Source: Nitrososphaerota archaeon
GTDB taxonomy: Archaea > Thermoproteota > Nitrososphaeria > Nitrososphaerales > UBA57
Direction of reading: 5' to 3'
Assembly: GCA_002713205.1 (NCBI GenBank)
Contig: PAVW01000009.1
Span: 1 to 32,000 of the forward strand
Length of the DNA: 32,000 nt
How positions within the stretch are numbered: position 1 is the stretch's first letter; each line of letters opens with the position of its first letter. The notes under the pieces were generated by a model. The model searched no databases. It was given only the letters and a program-made list of their open reading frames with translations, and was not told the origin of the DNA. A program made the position numbers and the translations under genes. Below are positions 1-9,608 of the stretch, one piece after another.

Positions 1-28
1 AAATAATATGAAATGACGGAATAGAATC

Positions 29-208
29 ATGTCTGACCAACTGGAAATTCCAAATTGCACATCTTGTAGCAGGCCTATTTTACCTGGTAGCCTTTCAGTG
101 AAATTTCTTTGCCCTGCTTGTAATGAAACAATTATTTGGAGATGTCCAAAATGTCGCACATTTACTAGAACTTATTCTTGTTCTGATTGTGGATTTCAAG
201 GTCCCTAA
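29..208 (+). CDS. Small Zn-ribbon protein (COG2888-like, translation-associated)
   Basis: ATG at 29 and TAA at 206-208 give 59 aa, which is below the ORF-track cutoff. My own translation is MSDQLEIPNCTSCSRPILPGSLSVKFLCPACNETIIWRCPKCRTFTRTYSCSDCGFQGP. It has four CxxC pairs (CTSC, CPAC, CPKC, CSDC). It lies directly 5' of aEF-1beta, the conserved archaeal neighbourhood for this family. Confidence 0.6.
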   Translation: MSDQLEIPNCTSCSRPILPGSLSVKFLCPACNETIIWRCPKCRTFTRTYSCSDCGFQGP

Positions 209-219
209 AGTGATGAAAT

Positions 220-501
220 TTGGGCTATGTCATTGCTCGATTAAAATTATTACCAAAAGAACCTGGTATTACTGGGGATAAATTACATGATGCTATTCAA
301 GCAAATCTTCCAAATGATATGTCAATTAGGCAAATGAAGGACGAACCAATTGCATTTGGTCTCTTTGCCATATTTGTTGATATTTATTTTGAAGAAAAAG
401 ATGGTGCTATGAACACTCTGGAATCTTCTATAGATAAAATCGATCAAATTAGTCAATTTGAAACTGTAGCTGTTAGTAAAGCATCTACAAAAATTGGTTA
501 A
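220..501 (+). CDS. ef1b: Translation elongation factor aEF-1 beta
   Basis: The 93 aa size and the N-terminus MGYVIARLKLLPKEP fit archaeal EF-1beta. TGA at 214-216 closes the frame upstream, so TTG at 220 is the only possible start. Confidence 0.8.
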   Translation: MGYVIARLKLLPKEPGITGDKLHDAIQANLPNDMSIRQMKDEPIAFGLFAIFVDIYFEEKDGAMNTLESSIDKIDQISQFETVAVSKASTKIG

Positions 502-1783
502 ATTGCCAACAGATTATGATGTCATAGTTGTGGGTGCAGGCCCTGCAGGATCTGCAGCTGCTTATAGCTTGGCTAAAACCGGTCATCATGTTCTAATGCT
601 TGAAAGAGGCAAGGAACCCGGTTCTAAAAATGTATATGGTGGCAGAATATACCCTTATTCTCTTTCAGAACTCATTCCAGAATTTCTTGACGATGTACCT
701 ATTCAAAGACATGTGTCAAAGGAAAGTATTATGTTTATGACTGAAAAGTCTAGTTTTCAAACATCTTTTTCTTCAAATAATCCAACCAATCATGGTTTCA
801 CTGCTTTTCGTTCTGAATTTGATAAATGGTTAGCTAATAAGGCGATTGAAGCTGGCGCTGAATTATTTACTGAAATAAAAGTTGATGATCTTATTATTGC
901 GGATAATGTTGTTTCAGGAATTAAAAGTGGTGATGATGAAATCACATCTAAACTTGTTATTGCAGCTGATGGTGCGACATCTATTCTAGCAAAACAGGCT
1001 GGACTTCGAAATGATTTTTCTCCTGATTCTTTTTCAGTTGGGATTAAAGAAGTTATTGAACTTCCTGAACATATTATTAATGATAGATTTGGTGTTCGGG
1101 ATAATAATGGCGCTGCTTTAGTTTGCGTTGGCTATCCTACAAAGTATGTGAGAGGCGGCGCATTCATTTATACTAATAAATCCTCGTTATCTTTAGGATT
1201 AGTAATAGAAGGTATTGATCTAGTATCTCATCAAATTCAAGTTGCATCACTTATTAACGATTTCAAAAATCATCCTGATATACTAAACCTAATTGATAAT
1301 GGCAATGTTATTGAGTATAGTGCTCATTTAGTTCCTAAAGCAGGTTATTCAATGTTACCAAAACTCTATAATAATGGTATTTTGGTTTGTGGTGATGCAG
1401 CAGGATTATTATTAAATAATGGTTATACCTTTCGTGGAGTAGATCTTGCTATTTCTTCAGGTATTGCTGCTGCTGAAACTTTTAATATAGCTAACAAAAA
1501 TAACAATTTCTCTAATTCTACCTTATCAATGTATGAAAATTTTCTTTTTAAAAGAAACGTATTGTCAGATCTCAAAAAATTTCAAAAAACTCCTAAATAT
1601 ATGAAAAATCCAAGATTATATTCAGAATACCCTAAATTGATTTGCAATATTTTTGAAAATTTATATAATATTGATGGAAATCAACAAAAATTAATTCGTG
1701 AAATTGTACGCCAATCTACTAAAGGAAATATATCTAGTTTACAATTGATACTTGATTTGATTCGTGGAGCTAACGCTCTTTAA
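494..1783 (+). CDS. fixC: FixC-type flavoprotein (ETF:quinone oxidoreductase / geranylgeranyl-reductase family)
   Basis: It has the N-terminal FAD fold DVIVVGAGPAGSAAA and an internal GDAAGLLLN motif, and is 429 aa. It sits next to etfBA. The TTG start overlaps the ef1b stop by 8 nt. Confidence 0.8.
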   Translation: MVKLPTDYDVIVVGAGPAGSAAAYSLAKTGHHVLMLERGKEPGSKNVYGGRIYPYSLSELIPEFLDDVPIQRHVSKESIMFMTEKSSFQTSFSSNNPTNHGFTAFRSEFDKWLANKAIEAGAELFTEIKVDDLIIADNVVSGIKSGDDEITSKLVIAADGATSILAKQAGLRNDFSPDSFSVGIKEVIELPEHIINDRFGVRDNNGAALVCVGYPTKYVRGGAFIYTNKSSLSLGLVIEGIDLVSHQIQVASLINDFKNHPDILNLIDNGNVIEYSAHLVPKAGYSMLPKLYNNGILVCGDAAGLLLNNGYTFRGVDLAISSGIAAAETFNIANKNNNFSNSTLSMYENFLFKRNVLSDLKKFQKTPKYMKNPRLYSEYPKLICNIFENLYNIDGNQQKLIREIVRQSTKGNISSLQLILDLIRGANAL

Positions 1784-2787
1784 TTTTTAACTTTTAATTT
1801 TTTAGTTAACTCAGGAACTATTTCAAATAAGTCTCCCACTATTCCATAATCTGAAAATTTGAATATTGGGGCATTTTTATCTTTATTTATAGCTACAATA
1901 CATTTTGAATTTATCATTCCAACTTGATGTTGAACTGCTCCTGATATTCCACAAGCTATGTACAAATTTGGTGATACAATTTTACCCGTTTGACCTACTT
2001 GTTCTGAATGAGGTCGCCATCCTGCATCAACTACTGCCCTTGAAGCTCCTACTGCTGCATTTAGGGTATTTGCTAGTTCTTCGATAATGTTGAAATTTTT
2101 TGGATCTTTCATTCCTCTTCCACCAGATACTATTATTGAAGCTTCTGATACATCCAATGTTTTCCTTTCTGGAAAAATAGTTTCCTTAAGAACTGGTAGG
2201 TGTTGTATGACATTCTCTGAAACGTTGCTGGATATGGATTTAATTTTTGGTTCATTCACTGATTGTTTTTTTATATTAAAAGAATTAATTTTAAGTGAAA
2301 TTACTTTCGGATTATTAGTTTTTAATATTACTGTTTCAATAATTTTTCCTGCATAAATTGGACGTTTTACTTCTAATCCTTCTGGCTTAACTGAAATAGA
2401 TATGCAGTCGGTTGCAATGCTATATTCATTATTTACTGCTATTCTTGGCGCTAAATCTTTTCCCACAGATGTTCCTGAAAATATGATTATTTCAGGCTTA
2501 ATAATTTCAATGACTGATGATATGGCCATTGTATATATCTCAGGAGAATATCCTGATAACAATGTTATTCTTCCATCTTTATTTGTATTTGTTGAACATA
2601 TAAACAGAGAATTTATCCCATATTCTTTTAATTTTTCAACATTATTGTTATTTATTTCTCCTATCACTATTGCATTGTTATCTTGCTTTTTTTCCGTTGC
2701 AATTTTCTTAGCTTCGGTTAGTACTTCTAATGAACTATTTGTTACCTCGTCGTTTTTTAATTCTAATACTGATAATATTCCTGTCAA
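1780..2787 (-). CDS. etfA: Electron transfer flavoprotein alpha subunit
   Basis: It is 335 aa with the C-terminal ETF-alpha FAD-binding signature PNLYIACGISGAVQHQVGM. The TTG start lies 8 nt after the etfB stop. Confidence 0.9.
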   Translation of the reverse strand: MTGILSVLELKNDEVTNSSLEVLTEAKKIATEKKQDNNAIVIGEINNNNVEKLKEYGINSLFICSTNTNKDGRITLLSGYSPEIYTMAISSVIEIIKPEIIIFSGTSVGKDLAPRIAVNNEYSIATDCISISVKPEGLEVKRPIYAGKIIETVILKTNNPKVISLKINSFNIKKQSVNEPKIKSISSNVSENVIQHLPVLKETIFPERKTLDVSEASIIVSGGRGMKDPKNFNIIEELANTLNAAVGASRAVVDAGWRPHSEQVGQTGKIVSPNLYIACGISGAVQHQVGMINSKCIVAINKDKNAPIFKFSDYGIVGDLFEIVPELTKKLKVKN

Positions 2788-2795
2788 AATTTCAC

Positions 2796-3551
2796 CTAAA
2801 TTATTTTTCTCTCTTCTCGTAAAATTCTAACTAATTCGGATACTGCCTCTTTGCCTTCTCCAATTATTTTTCCTTCTTTTCTCACTGGCGGATATTCTAA
2901 TTTAATTAGTTCTATATCATCGTTTATTTGTTCAACTATATCTATCGATTCTATTGTCTTTTTTTTTGCAGCCATTAAATTTCTTAATGAAGGATATCGT
3001 AATTCATTTTTACCTTTTTCTTGTGTAATAATTATGGGTAATTTGCTTTCAAATATTTGAATTGCACCCTCGATTTCTCTATGAGCAGTAATCGTATTAT
3101 TATTTATTTTAAATTCAGTACAATTCGAAATACATGGTATTTGATTAATTTCTCCAATCATAATGCCAATTTGATTATTATCTTGGTCTACTGATTTTTT
3201 ACCAAATAATATTAAATCATACCTTTCTTTTTTTATTTCATTAGCCAGTATTTTTGCAACCACAAAAGAGTTTTTTATATCTTCATTAGTTTTTAGATGA
3301 ATTGCATTATCTGCCCCAATTGCTATAATTTTTGTTAATGATTGTTTTACTCTTTCAGGTCCAAGTGACATAACAGTGATTGTTGTATTTGGATCATTTT
3401 CTTTTAATCTTAAAGCTTCTTCTATTGCATATTCGTCATATGGGTTGATCTCATATTTTATACTAGTTTGTTCGATTGTTTTTTTATTTTCGGAAATTTT
3501 TATTTTAGTTGCCGTATCGGGTACTTGTTTAATACAGATTAGTATCTTCAA
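2796..3551 (-). CDS. etfB: Electron transfer flavoprotein beta subunit
   Basis: It is 251 aa. The canonical ETF-beta N-terminus MKILICIKQVPD begins exactly on a TTG codon (plus-strand caa at 3549-3551). Confidence 0.9.
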   Translation of the reverse strand: MKILICIKQVPDTATKIKISENKKTIEQTSIKYEINPYDEYAIEEALRLKENDPNTTITVMSLGPERVKQSLTKIIAIGADNAIHLKTNEDIKNSFVVAKILANEIKKERYDLILFGKKSVDQDNNQIGIMIGEINQIPCISNCTEFKINNNTITAHREIEGAIQIFESKLPIIITQEKGKNELRYPSLRNLMAAKKKTIESIDIVEQINDDIELIKLEYPPVRKEGKIIGEGKEAVSELVRILREERKII

Positions 3552-3629
3552 TTCAAATTTTCTAATATTCTTTAGAATTTAGCATTTTCGATATTGTTTT
3601 ATTTGTTATTTGATAATTAATAGTAAATA

Positions 3630-4997
3630 TTGAACATTAATAGTAAATTATTTGGTACTAATGGCATTCGGTTTATTCCAGGAGATGATTATGATCTTGA
3701 ATTTATTCTTAACATTGGTTTATCTATAGGTACATTTTTTCGTGGAGTTAATGTCGTAATTGGATGTGATGGACGTCGTTCTAGCCCTTCTTTGGTCAAT
3801 GCTATTTCTGCTGGTTTAATGGAATCTGGTAAGAACGTCTTTGTTGCTGGTATGGTTCCTACACCTGCCCTTCAATTAATTACACAGAATTCTAAATTTG
3901 ATGGCGGTATTGTTATTACTGCTTCTCATAATCCACCTCAATATAATGGCATTAAAGTAATTTCTGCTAATGGTATTGAAATTTCAAGAAAAGATGAATC
4001 TTTGATTGAGGAGATATATTTTAATCATAAATACAACCGGAAAAATTGGAATGGGGTTGGTCAAATACATACTTATTCATCAACATTAGATAATTATATT
4101 GATTCAATAATCAATAATGTAAATTCTAATTTAATTAAAAATCGTAAACTCAAAATAGTTATTGATTCTGGTAATGGAATGCAATCTTTGAGTGCTCCAA
4201 TTTTGACTGAATTGTTAGGTTGCACTGTAGTAACTTTGAATAGTCATATCGATGGTAATTTTTCAGGACGTGGAGGTGAACCTACTCCTACAACTTTGGA
4301 TTTACTTTCTCAATCTGTAATTGAGCATAATGCAGATCTTGGTGTTGGTTATGATGGCGATGGTGACAGAAGTATTTTTTGTGATGAAAATGGTCATGTC
4401 TTTTGGGGTGATAAATCTGGAACTCTCATTGCCCAACATTTAATTAATAAAGGTGTGAATTCTCCTATAGTTACTACTATTGCTACATCACAATTAATTG
4501 ATCATGTGGCTTCGGATAATCATGTTGATGTTTATAGGACTAAAGTTGGAAGTGTTGACGTTTCTTATAAAATGAAGGAACTTGATTCTGTTTTTGGGTT
4601 TGAAGAAAATGGTGGCTGTCTTTATAGTCCTCATATTGCAGTTAGAGATGGTGGCATGGCTACTGCTTTGATGTTGGAAGTGTTGTCTTCATCAGAAAAA
4701 TCATTATCTGCACGTATAGAAATACTGCCTAAATTTTATCAATTAAAAACTAAATTTTCTTGCCCTGTAGAATCGCGATCTTCTATTATTGATGAAATGT
4801 CTTCCGTATTGAATGAAAAGATTGATACTACTGACGGTCTTAAAATTTGGTGGGATGAATCTAGTTGGTCCCTAATTCGGCCAAGTGGAACTGAACCTAT
4901 TATTCGGTTATTTAGTGAATCTGACAATGAATCTCAACTCGAAAGCATTACAAAGCGCTGTTCTATACTTATCGAAGATTTGATAAATAATTTATAA
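3630..4997 (+). CDS. Phosphohexomutase (phosphoglucosamine/phosphomannomutase family), paralog 1
   Basis: It has the active-site phosphoserine loop TASHNPPQYNGIK, the Mg site GYDGDGDRS and the sugar loop GFEENGG. It is 455 aa with a TTG start. Confidence 0.85.
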   Translation: MNINSKLFGTNGIRFIPGDDYDLEFILNIGLSIGTFFRGVNVVIGCDGRRSSPSLVNAISAGLMESGKNVFVAGMVPTPALQLITQNSKFDGGIVITASHNPPQYNGIKVISANGIEISRKDESLIEEIYFNHKYNRKNWNGVGQIHTYSSTLDNYIDSIINNVNSNLIKNRKLKIVIDSGNGMQSLSAPILTELLGCTVVTLNSHIDGNFSGRGGEPTPTTLDLLSQSVIEHNADLGVGYDGDGDRSIFCDENGHVFWGDKSGTLIAQHLINKGVNSPIVTTIATSQLIDHVASDNHVDVYRTKVGSVDVSYKMKELDSVFGFEENGGCLYSPHIAVRDGGMATALMLEVLSSSEKSLSARIEILPKFYQLKTKFSCPVESRSSIIDEMSSVLNEKIDTTDGLKIWWDESSWSLIRPSGTEPIIRLFSESDNESQLESITKRCSILIEDLINNL

Positions 4998-5033
4998 TTC
5001 CTTTTTTTCATCGAAACAAATTACTTCAAAGTA

Positions 5034-6335
5034 TTAATTTAGCAATTTATTTATTAATTGTACATATTCTTCAATTAATTTATTTACTTCATTTTTACTT
5101 TTAGCTTCTGCTGATAGTCTTATGCATTTCTCTGTATTCGATGGTCTGATTAAAACCCAACTTTCATTTGTTTTTTTTATTTTTATACCGTCAATTAATA
5201 TGATTCCTTTTTTTGCTGAAAAATATTCTTTGATTATCTTGAAATTTTTTGGATCTGTTTTTATTTTAGTTCGATTTTGATTAAATTTCTCTATATCTGA
5301 AAATATATTATTTAAACTATTGAATTTTTTAACTAAATATGTCGTCATTAGAGCAAGTAATATTCCATCTCTGCACAAATTAAATTCAGGATATATGAAT
5401 CCTCCACTGCTTCCTTCACCTCCTAATTCACATTTTTCGTTTATGATTTCATCCAATACATTTCCTTCCCCTACTTTGGTTGTTATGATTTTACATTGTA
5501 TTTTGTTTAGATATTGTATAATTGATAATGAACTATCAATACTTATTGCAGCTTTCTTAAGGCCCTTTTTTTGTTCAATATATTTAATTCCCGCTAATAA
5601 AGAAAAATCAGGTTGTATTTTCACTCCTTTTTCATTCATTATTACTAATCTGTCTACATCTGCATCAAATGCAAATCCTATATCGCATTTATTTCTTAAT
5701 ACTAGATTTGATAATTCTTCAAGAGGATCTTCTACTGGGTCAATAATTCTATTAAATATGCCTGAGTGTTCGTTTACGGCATATACTTCACATCCTAGTT
5801 TCGTGAAAATCTCTTTTACAAAAACACTACCGGCTCCTCCGCCTAAATCTATTCCCACTTTTAATCCTGTAAATTTCTCATCTTTGAATTGTTTTATAAT
5901 ATCAGAGTAGTAACAACTTTTTATTTCTGATATTGTTCCTAAAAATGAATCTTTTTTAATTATTTCTTTTCTTTCATTTAATTCATTTGGTTTAATTATT
6001 CTTCCCGGTTTTATTATGAGTTTCAGACCATTCCACTCTTTTGGATTATGGGATGATGTTATGATTACTCCTCCATCTAAATTATTCATTTTTACATGCC
6101 GAAATACAGATGGTGTAGATGTAATTCCTAAATCTTGAATTTCACAATTTTCTGCTAATAAGACCGATATTACTGCTTGATGAATCATATTTGAAGTGTT
6201 TCTGGTATCTCTGCCTATCGCACATGTTTTTATTTCTAGTGATTGCACAAATTTTTGAATTACATTTATAATATCACTATTATTGAGATTCTCACTGATT
6301 ATGCCTCGAAGCCCAGAAACTGTTAATTCTGCCAT
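5034..6335 (-). CDS. Phosphohexomutase family protein, paralog 2
   Basis: It has TSSHNPKEWNGLK, FDADVDRL and GGEGSSGG loops and is 433 aa. It is convergent with paralog 1. Confidence 0.8.
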   Translation of the reverse strand: MAELTVSGLRGIISENLNNSDIINVIQKFVQSLEIKTCAIGRDTRNTSNMIHQAVISVLLAENCEIQDLGITSTPSVFRHVKMNNLDGGVIITSSHNPKEWNGLKLIIKPGRIIKPNELNERKEIIKKDSFLGTISEIKSCYYSDIIKQFKDEKFTGLKVGIDLGGGAGSVFVKEIFTKLGCEVYAVNEHSGIFNRIIDPVEDPLEELSNLVLRNKCDIGFAFDADVDRLVIMNEKGVKIQPDFSLLAGIKYIEQKKGLKKAAISIDSSLSIIQYLNKIQCKIITTKVGEGNVLDEIINEKCELGGEGSSGGFIYPEFNLCRDGILLALMTTYLVKKFNSLNNIFSDIEKFNQNRTKIKTDPKNFKIIKEYFSAKKGIILIDGIKIKKTNESWVLIRPSNTEKCIRLSAEAKSKNEVNKLIEEYVQLINKLLN

Positions 6336-6398
6336 GAAATTACTATGATGTTAGTTTTTTAACTTTTTATCCTTTTTAATTAAAATATAGTAACGTTT

Positions 6399-6875
6399 TT
6401 GGTTTATTACATACAAACTACTATTGATAAAATGAATAATTTGTCAAACAAGTATTATATTCGTTATTTCTCCATATTTTTTGGACTTTTATTTCTTCTT
6501 GGATTTATATTCCTGATTGCTAGAGTTCAACGTGGATATTCTGCGATAATATTGAGCATTTCTGCTATCTTATTATTTGTATATTGGTCTAATGAGATAA
6601 AAAAGAATATGCGCAACCTTCCCTATCTAGGGGTTTTAAATAAACAAAAGAAATTTGGATATGAATTTATTTCAAATAATGACGAAATTCTTTTTATAGC
6701 TAACATTCCTGGTGATCATGAAACTATTTCTTCTTCTATAAATGGTAATACTTTGTTTCTGAAAAGCAAATCTGGACTAAATGAAAAAATCAACCTTTCT
6801 CAGACTCTTATAATCCTTGATTCTAACTTTGTTAACGGCATATTGAATATTAAACTGAAAAAATCCCAAACTTAA
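6399..6875 (+). CDS. Membrane-anchored protein with a possible Hsp20/alpha-crystallin-like C-terminal domain
   Basis: It has two N-terminal hydrophobic helices. The C-terminal stretch (...ILFIANIPGDHETISSSINGNTLFLKS...NGILNIKLKK) resembles the ACD beta-sandwich ending. The start is either TTG at 6399 or ATG at 6432. The functional call is tentative. Confidence 0.4.
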   Translation: MVYYIQTTIDKMNNLSNKYYIRYFSIFFGLLFLLGFIFLIARVQRGYSAIILSISAILLFVYWSNEIKKNMRNLPYLGVLNKQKKFGYEFISNNDEILFIANIPGDHETISSSINGNTLFLKSKSGLNEKINLSQTLIILDSNFVNGILNIKLKKSQT

Positions 6876-6897
6876 TTATTTGTTTTTTGTTTAATAA

Positions 6898-7797
6898 ATG
6901 AAAAAATTAAAATTTCAACAACAATTTAATTTAAATTATTCATTAAATTGCGGTCAAACATTCAATTGGACAAATCAAGATGATTGTTGGTATGGTGTTA
7001 TTAAAAATGACGTGTATTGTTTAAAACAAGATGATAATGTCATTTATATAGATAGTACTGATTCTGATTGCATTAATACTATGAAAAAATATTTTCGATA
7101 TCAAGATAATTATGAATTAATTATATCTTGCATTTCTCTTGATCCATTTATTCAAACTGCAATTCAAAATTTTAGTGGACTTAGACTGATTAGGCAAGAT
7201 CCTTGGGAATGCACTCTCTCATATTTGTGTGCTTCTAATACTAATATATCAAATATACGTAAAATGCTTGATAATTTAAGTAAAAAATTTGGAAATAGAT
7301 TAACTTTTCACGACAAACAGTTTTTTACAATTCCTAGTCCTTCTACTTTATCTAATGCCTATCTCTCTGATTTAATAAAGTGTAAAGTCGGTTATCGCGC
7401 TAAATATATTAAACGTTCTGCTGTTTTTATTGATCAGAATTCTTATATATTCGATGAATTAAAAATTATGAATCTTATCAATGCACGAAAAAAACTATCA
7501 GATTCCTGTGAAATGTTTGGTGTAGGTCCTAAAATTGCAGATTGCATTCTTTTATTTTCTCATGATATGTTGGATTCTTTTCCAATTGATACACGAATAT
7601 TACAAACAATAAAACAGTATTATAGATATTTACTTGATCCAGAAATGTATAAAATTCAAAACGATAAATCTACTTTAACATCATATCAATACGAATACTT
7701 ATCTAAAATTATGATCGATTATTTTGGACCATATGCAGGATATGCACAAGAATTTCTTTATTGTCAATATGGGTTGTCTGACAAATTTACTCGATAA
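6898..7797 (+). CDS. ogg: 8-oxoguanine DNA glycosylase / AP lyase (OGG1-type, HhH-GPD)
   Basis: CASNTNISNIRKMLDNL matches the OGG1 SSNNNIARI region. The HhH motif is FGVGPKIADCILLF and the catalytic Asp region is PIDTRI. It is 299 aa. Confidence 0.85.
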   Translation: MKKLKFQQQFNLNYSLNCGQTFNWTNQDDCWYGVIKNDVYCLKQDDNVIYIDSTDSDCINTMKKYFRYQDNYELIISCISLDPFIQTAIQNFSGLRLIRQDPWECTLSYLCASNTNISNIRKMLDNLSKKFGNRLTFHDKQFFTIPSPSTLSNAYLSDLIKCKVGYRAKYIKRSAVFIDQNSYIFDELKIMNLINARKKLSDSCEMFGVGPKIADCILLFSHDMLDSFPIDTRILQTIKQYYRYLLDPEMYKIQNDKSTLTSYQYEYLSKIMIDYFGPYAGYAQEFLYCQYGLSDKFTR

Positions 7798-8308
7798 AAA
7801 ACATCTCTATTATTGATCCAGTAATAAGAAATGCAAAACTCATTGCTATAATGATTATCGTTCTAATTGCCTCGTTTCTTATTTGCTTTTTTAACAATGC
7901 TAAGAAAATAAATATTCCTTGAGTAATATTTGCTGCGTATGTGATGAATTCTAACCAAAAGAATGGTGTTAATGCTGTTACCACATATACTAAAGTCCCA
8001 GATAGGTTTTCTATACTTGCCATAGCAGCAAAAACCATACCTGTCTGATAAATTGTTATTATTGCAAATAATAATCCTATAATTGGTATAATCATAATTA
8101 ATGCAATTATAATATTATTCGAGAAAATTGAAATTGCGTTAATATCTTTTGGTATTATTTGATTAACTTGATATAGAATATTATTTATTTCATTTTGTTC
8201 TAATGAAATGCTTGATCCTATTAACCCTATAAAAACTAATAAAAATAAATTGAAAAAAAATAGATTTCTCCATTGTTTGGGGAAGAATTGTTTTAACCAA
8301 TTTTTCAT
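7787..8308 (-). CDS. Integral membrane protein, SpoIIM/DUF95-like
   Basis: It is 173 aa and multi-pass hydrophobic. The segment IFSNNIIIALIMIIPIIGLLFAIITIYQTGMVFA resembles the SpoIIM-family core. The family call comes from memory of the motif only. Confidence 0.4.
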   Translation of the reverse strand: MKNWLKQFFPKQWRNLFFFNLFLLVFIGLIGSSISLEQNEINNILYQVNQIIPKDINAISIFSNNIIIALIMIIPIIGLLFAIITIYQTGMVFAAMASIENLSGTLVYVVTALTPFFWLEFITYAANITQGIFIFLALLKKQIRNEAIRTIIIIAMSFAFLITGSIIEMFFIE

Positions 8309-8321
8309 TTTTTGATTATTG

Positions 8322-8600
8322 CTAGTAGACTATTATAAACAATAATGTTGCTGTTCCTATGCAAGTTAGTAAAGTTGCTACCACTGCTGCTGATAATCCT
8401 TTTGGTGCTGGGGTTCCACCTTTAAGTAATCCTCCTGGAATTAATAGTAATCCTAATACTAATACAAACATTGCAGTAGCATGTAAACCCTGAATAAAGG
8501 TTTCAGCCGGAAAAAGAAAATTTGTCTCAAATGATATCCATAATCCTAGTAAACCTGCTAGTGTAAATGATATCCCTGGAAGAAGTACTTCCCAATCCAT
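8322..8600 (-). CDS. Small membrane protein (about 3 TM), unknown function
   Basis: This 92 aa ORF has locally higher GC than its flanks and three clear hydrophobic helices. I recognise no motif. Confidence 0.55.
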   Translation of the reverse strand: MDWEVLLPGISFTLAGLLGLWISFETNFLFPAETFIQGLHATAMFVLVLGLLLIPGGLLKGGTPAPKGLSAAVVATLLTCIGTATLLFIIVY

Positions 8601-8636
8601 ATCAAGTTATTTGTTATCAATTATTAAAAAGCTTTA

Positions 8637-9608
8637 TTATTTTGTAATTTTTGTATTTTCAATTATACAGCCCTCTTCAAACAGAGTTTTAACATTTTTT
8701 AATGATAAAAATGCTGTAAATATAAGTAGTCCTACAGTGATTATAATAAATATTTTTTGATAATATAAACTGACTAGTGTTATACTAGATATAGCAAATG
8801 TTCCTGGTAATATACTTGCAATAAATAAACCGGCACAAGTAGGACACCCTGTGAATAATCCTGTTATTGCTGCTATGCTCAAAAACCATTTTGTATTTCT
8901 TTTTGGTCTATTGTTGATTGCAAATGAAATTAACATTATATTAATTCCAACTAAAATTGAAACAAAAAGTAGAATCAAAAATGTTAATGGTATTAACATT
9001 AGTCCGATGTGCTCTGTGATATAAATTGCCATATTGGGATATTGTCCAAAATTTCCACAACAATATATGATCTTTATTGAAGGAATATTTGTAAAATATG
9101 TTTGAGAAAATAATGCATTTGGCTGATAAATTACTATACCTGATATTAGACTAAAAATTATTGAATAACTAATTGAAGTAATGATAAATGTTTGTCTGTA
9201 TTTTTTTGTTGTAAATAAATGATATAACATGGATTTTATATTTAAATTAATAACTTTGTTTTTGAATTGAATATTTTCCCCAACAAATAATTTAGTTATG
9301 TATATAGTTATCATCATTAAACCTAATAATAAAGAAAATACATAGAACAGTGCGATGTACCTAAACATATTTGTTACATTTCCAAAATAATAATTTGTAC
9401 TAATAAATTGATATATCATTGATGATATGATAATTGTTAAACATCCAATTAGTAACCATAAATCTTCTATTTTCAAATAAATAACTTGATTCGAAATAAT
9501 ATAAAAAATTACGTAAAAATTAATTAATAAACAAAAAATAGGTGTACTAATGCCAAAAAATTGGTTGGATCCATTTAATTTTACTTTTGCCTTGTCTTTT
9601 CTACTCAC
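8637..9608 (-). CDS. Polytopic membrane protein with CC and CPTC cysteine pairs, unknown function
   Basis: It is 323 aa with a GTG start at 9608 and many hydrophobic helices. It contains IYCCGNFGQYPN and an intramembrane GCPTCAGLF motif. Confidence 0.6.
   Translation of the reverse strand: MSRKDKAKVKLNGSNQFFGISTPIFCLLINFYVIFYIISNQVIYLKIEDLWLLIGCLTIIISSMIYQFISTNYYFGNVTNMFRYIALFYVFSLLLGLMMITIYITKLFVGENIQFKNKVINLNIKSMLYHLFTTKKYRQTFIITSISYSIIFSLISGIVIYQPNALFSQTYFTNIPSIKIIYCCGNFGQYPNMAIYITEHIGLMLIPLTFLILLFVSILVGINIMLISFAINNRPKRNTKWFLSIAAITGLFTGCPTCAGLFIASILPGTFAISSITLVSLYYQKIFIIITVGLLIFTAFLSLKNVKTLFEEGCIIENTKITK

Noticed and set aside
1905-3582. Plus-strand ORFs 1905-2087, 2087-2356, 2402-2830, 2851-3060 and 3376-3582.
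   Set aside because: All lie antisense within the well-supported etfA and etfB genes. Their Phe/Leu/Ile-rich translations are typical of the AT-rich antisense frame.
4739-5910. ORFs 4739-4927 (minus strand) and 5320-5910 (plus strand).
   Set aside because: They lie antisense inside the two phosphohexomutase genes and have no motifs.
8575-8645. My by-eye frame tracking of the 92-aa ORF start and the 323-aa ORF stop seemed shifted by 1 nt relative to the ORF-track coordinates.
   Set aside because: The most likely cause is my own homopolymer miscount across line breaks. Coordinates on both sides (8322-8579 and 9608) agree with the track, so I deferred to the track and claim no frameshift or pseudogene.
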